A DNA stretch of 64,000 bases from Eledone cirrhosa (Eukaryota). The position numbers and the translations under genes are program-made. The notes beneath the pieces were generated by a model, which ran no database searches, was not told the DNA's origin, and saw only the letters and a list, made by a program, of their open reading frames with translations. The stretch lies in NCBI GenBank assembly GCA_964016885.1, contig OZ024746.1, positions 16,492,001-16,556,000 on the forward strand. The letters are read 5' to 3'. Shown here piece after piece: positions 63,837 to 64,000 of the stretch (the stretch's first letter is position 1; each line of letters opens with the position of its first letter).

Positions 63837-63887
63837 AGATTCTACAGGACTAGAACTGTTTCATTATTTAGAAATCATCAGGAATCT
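63837..63887 (-). ncRNA. Type-I hammerhead ribozyme-like motif
   Basis: AGATTC-CTGATGA-tttctaaataat-GAAACAG-ttctagtc-CTGTA-GAATCT: 6-bp stem I, 4-bp stem III, complete core, weak stem II. Confidence 0.6.
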
Positions 63888-64000
63888 GGGTATCCAAAAA
63901 TAAAAGTGGTCTTTTCAGGTGGTAGGAGAGGGTGGGGAGTGGGATGGGTAGAGGTCATTGGTTGATAGAAAAGGGAATTCATTAAAAGCTAATTCTTTAA

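Overview
AT-rich, repeat-dense animal genomic DNA. The SINE/LINE repertoire suggests an octopod cephalopod; this is inference, not a database match. The window holds the 5' part of one minus-strand P4-ATPase lipid flippase gene (class 5, ATP10-like). I traced 15 coding exons by hand (58513 down to 1671). All have GT-AG boundaries and consistent phases, giving about 795 codons, and the gene continues beyond position 1. Its introns carry an intact antisense RTE-clade LINE ORF (1039 aa; endonuclease plus RT, with a C4HC3 PHD finger inserted inside the RT) and tRNA-derived SINEs sharing that LINE's 3' tail. They also carry decayed RTE, CR1, Tx1, Helitron and mariner fragments, MITEs, hammerhead-like and HDV-like ribozyme motifs, and many tandem repeats. 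The largest repeat is a 7.6-kb layered satellite with higher-order periods. Most short ORFs in the track are repeat artefacts.
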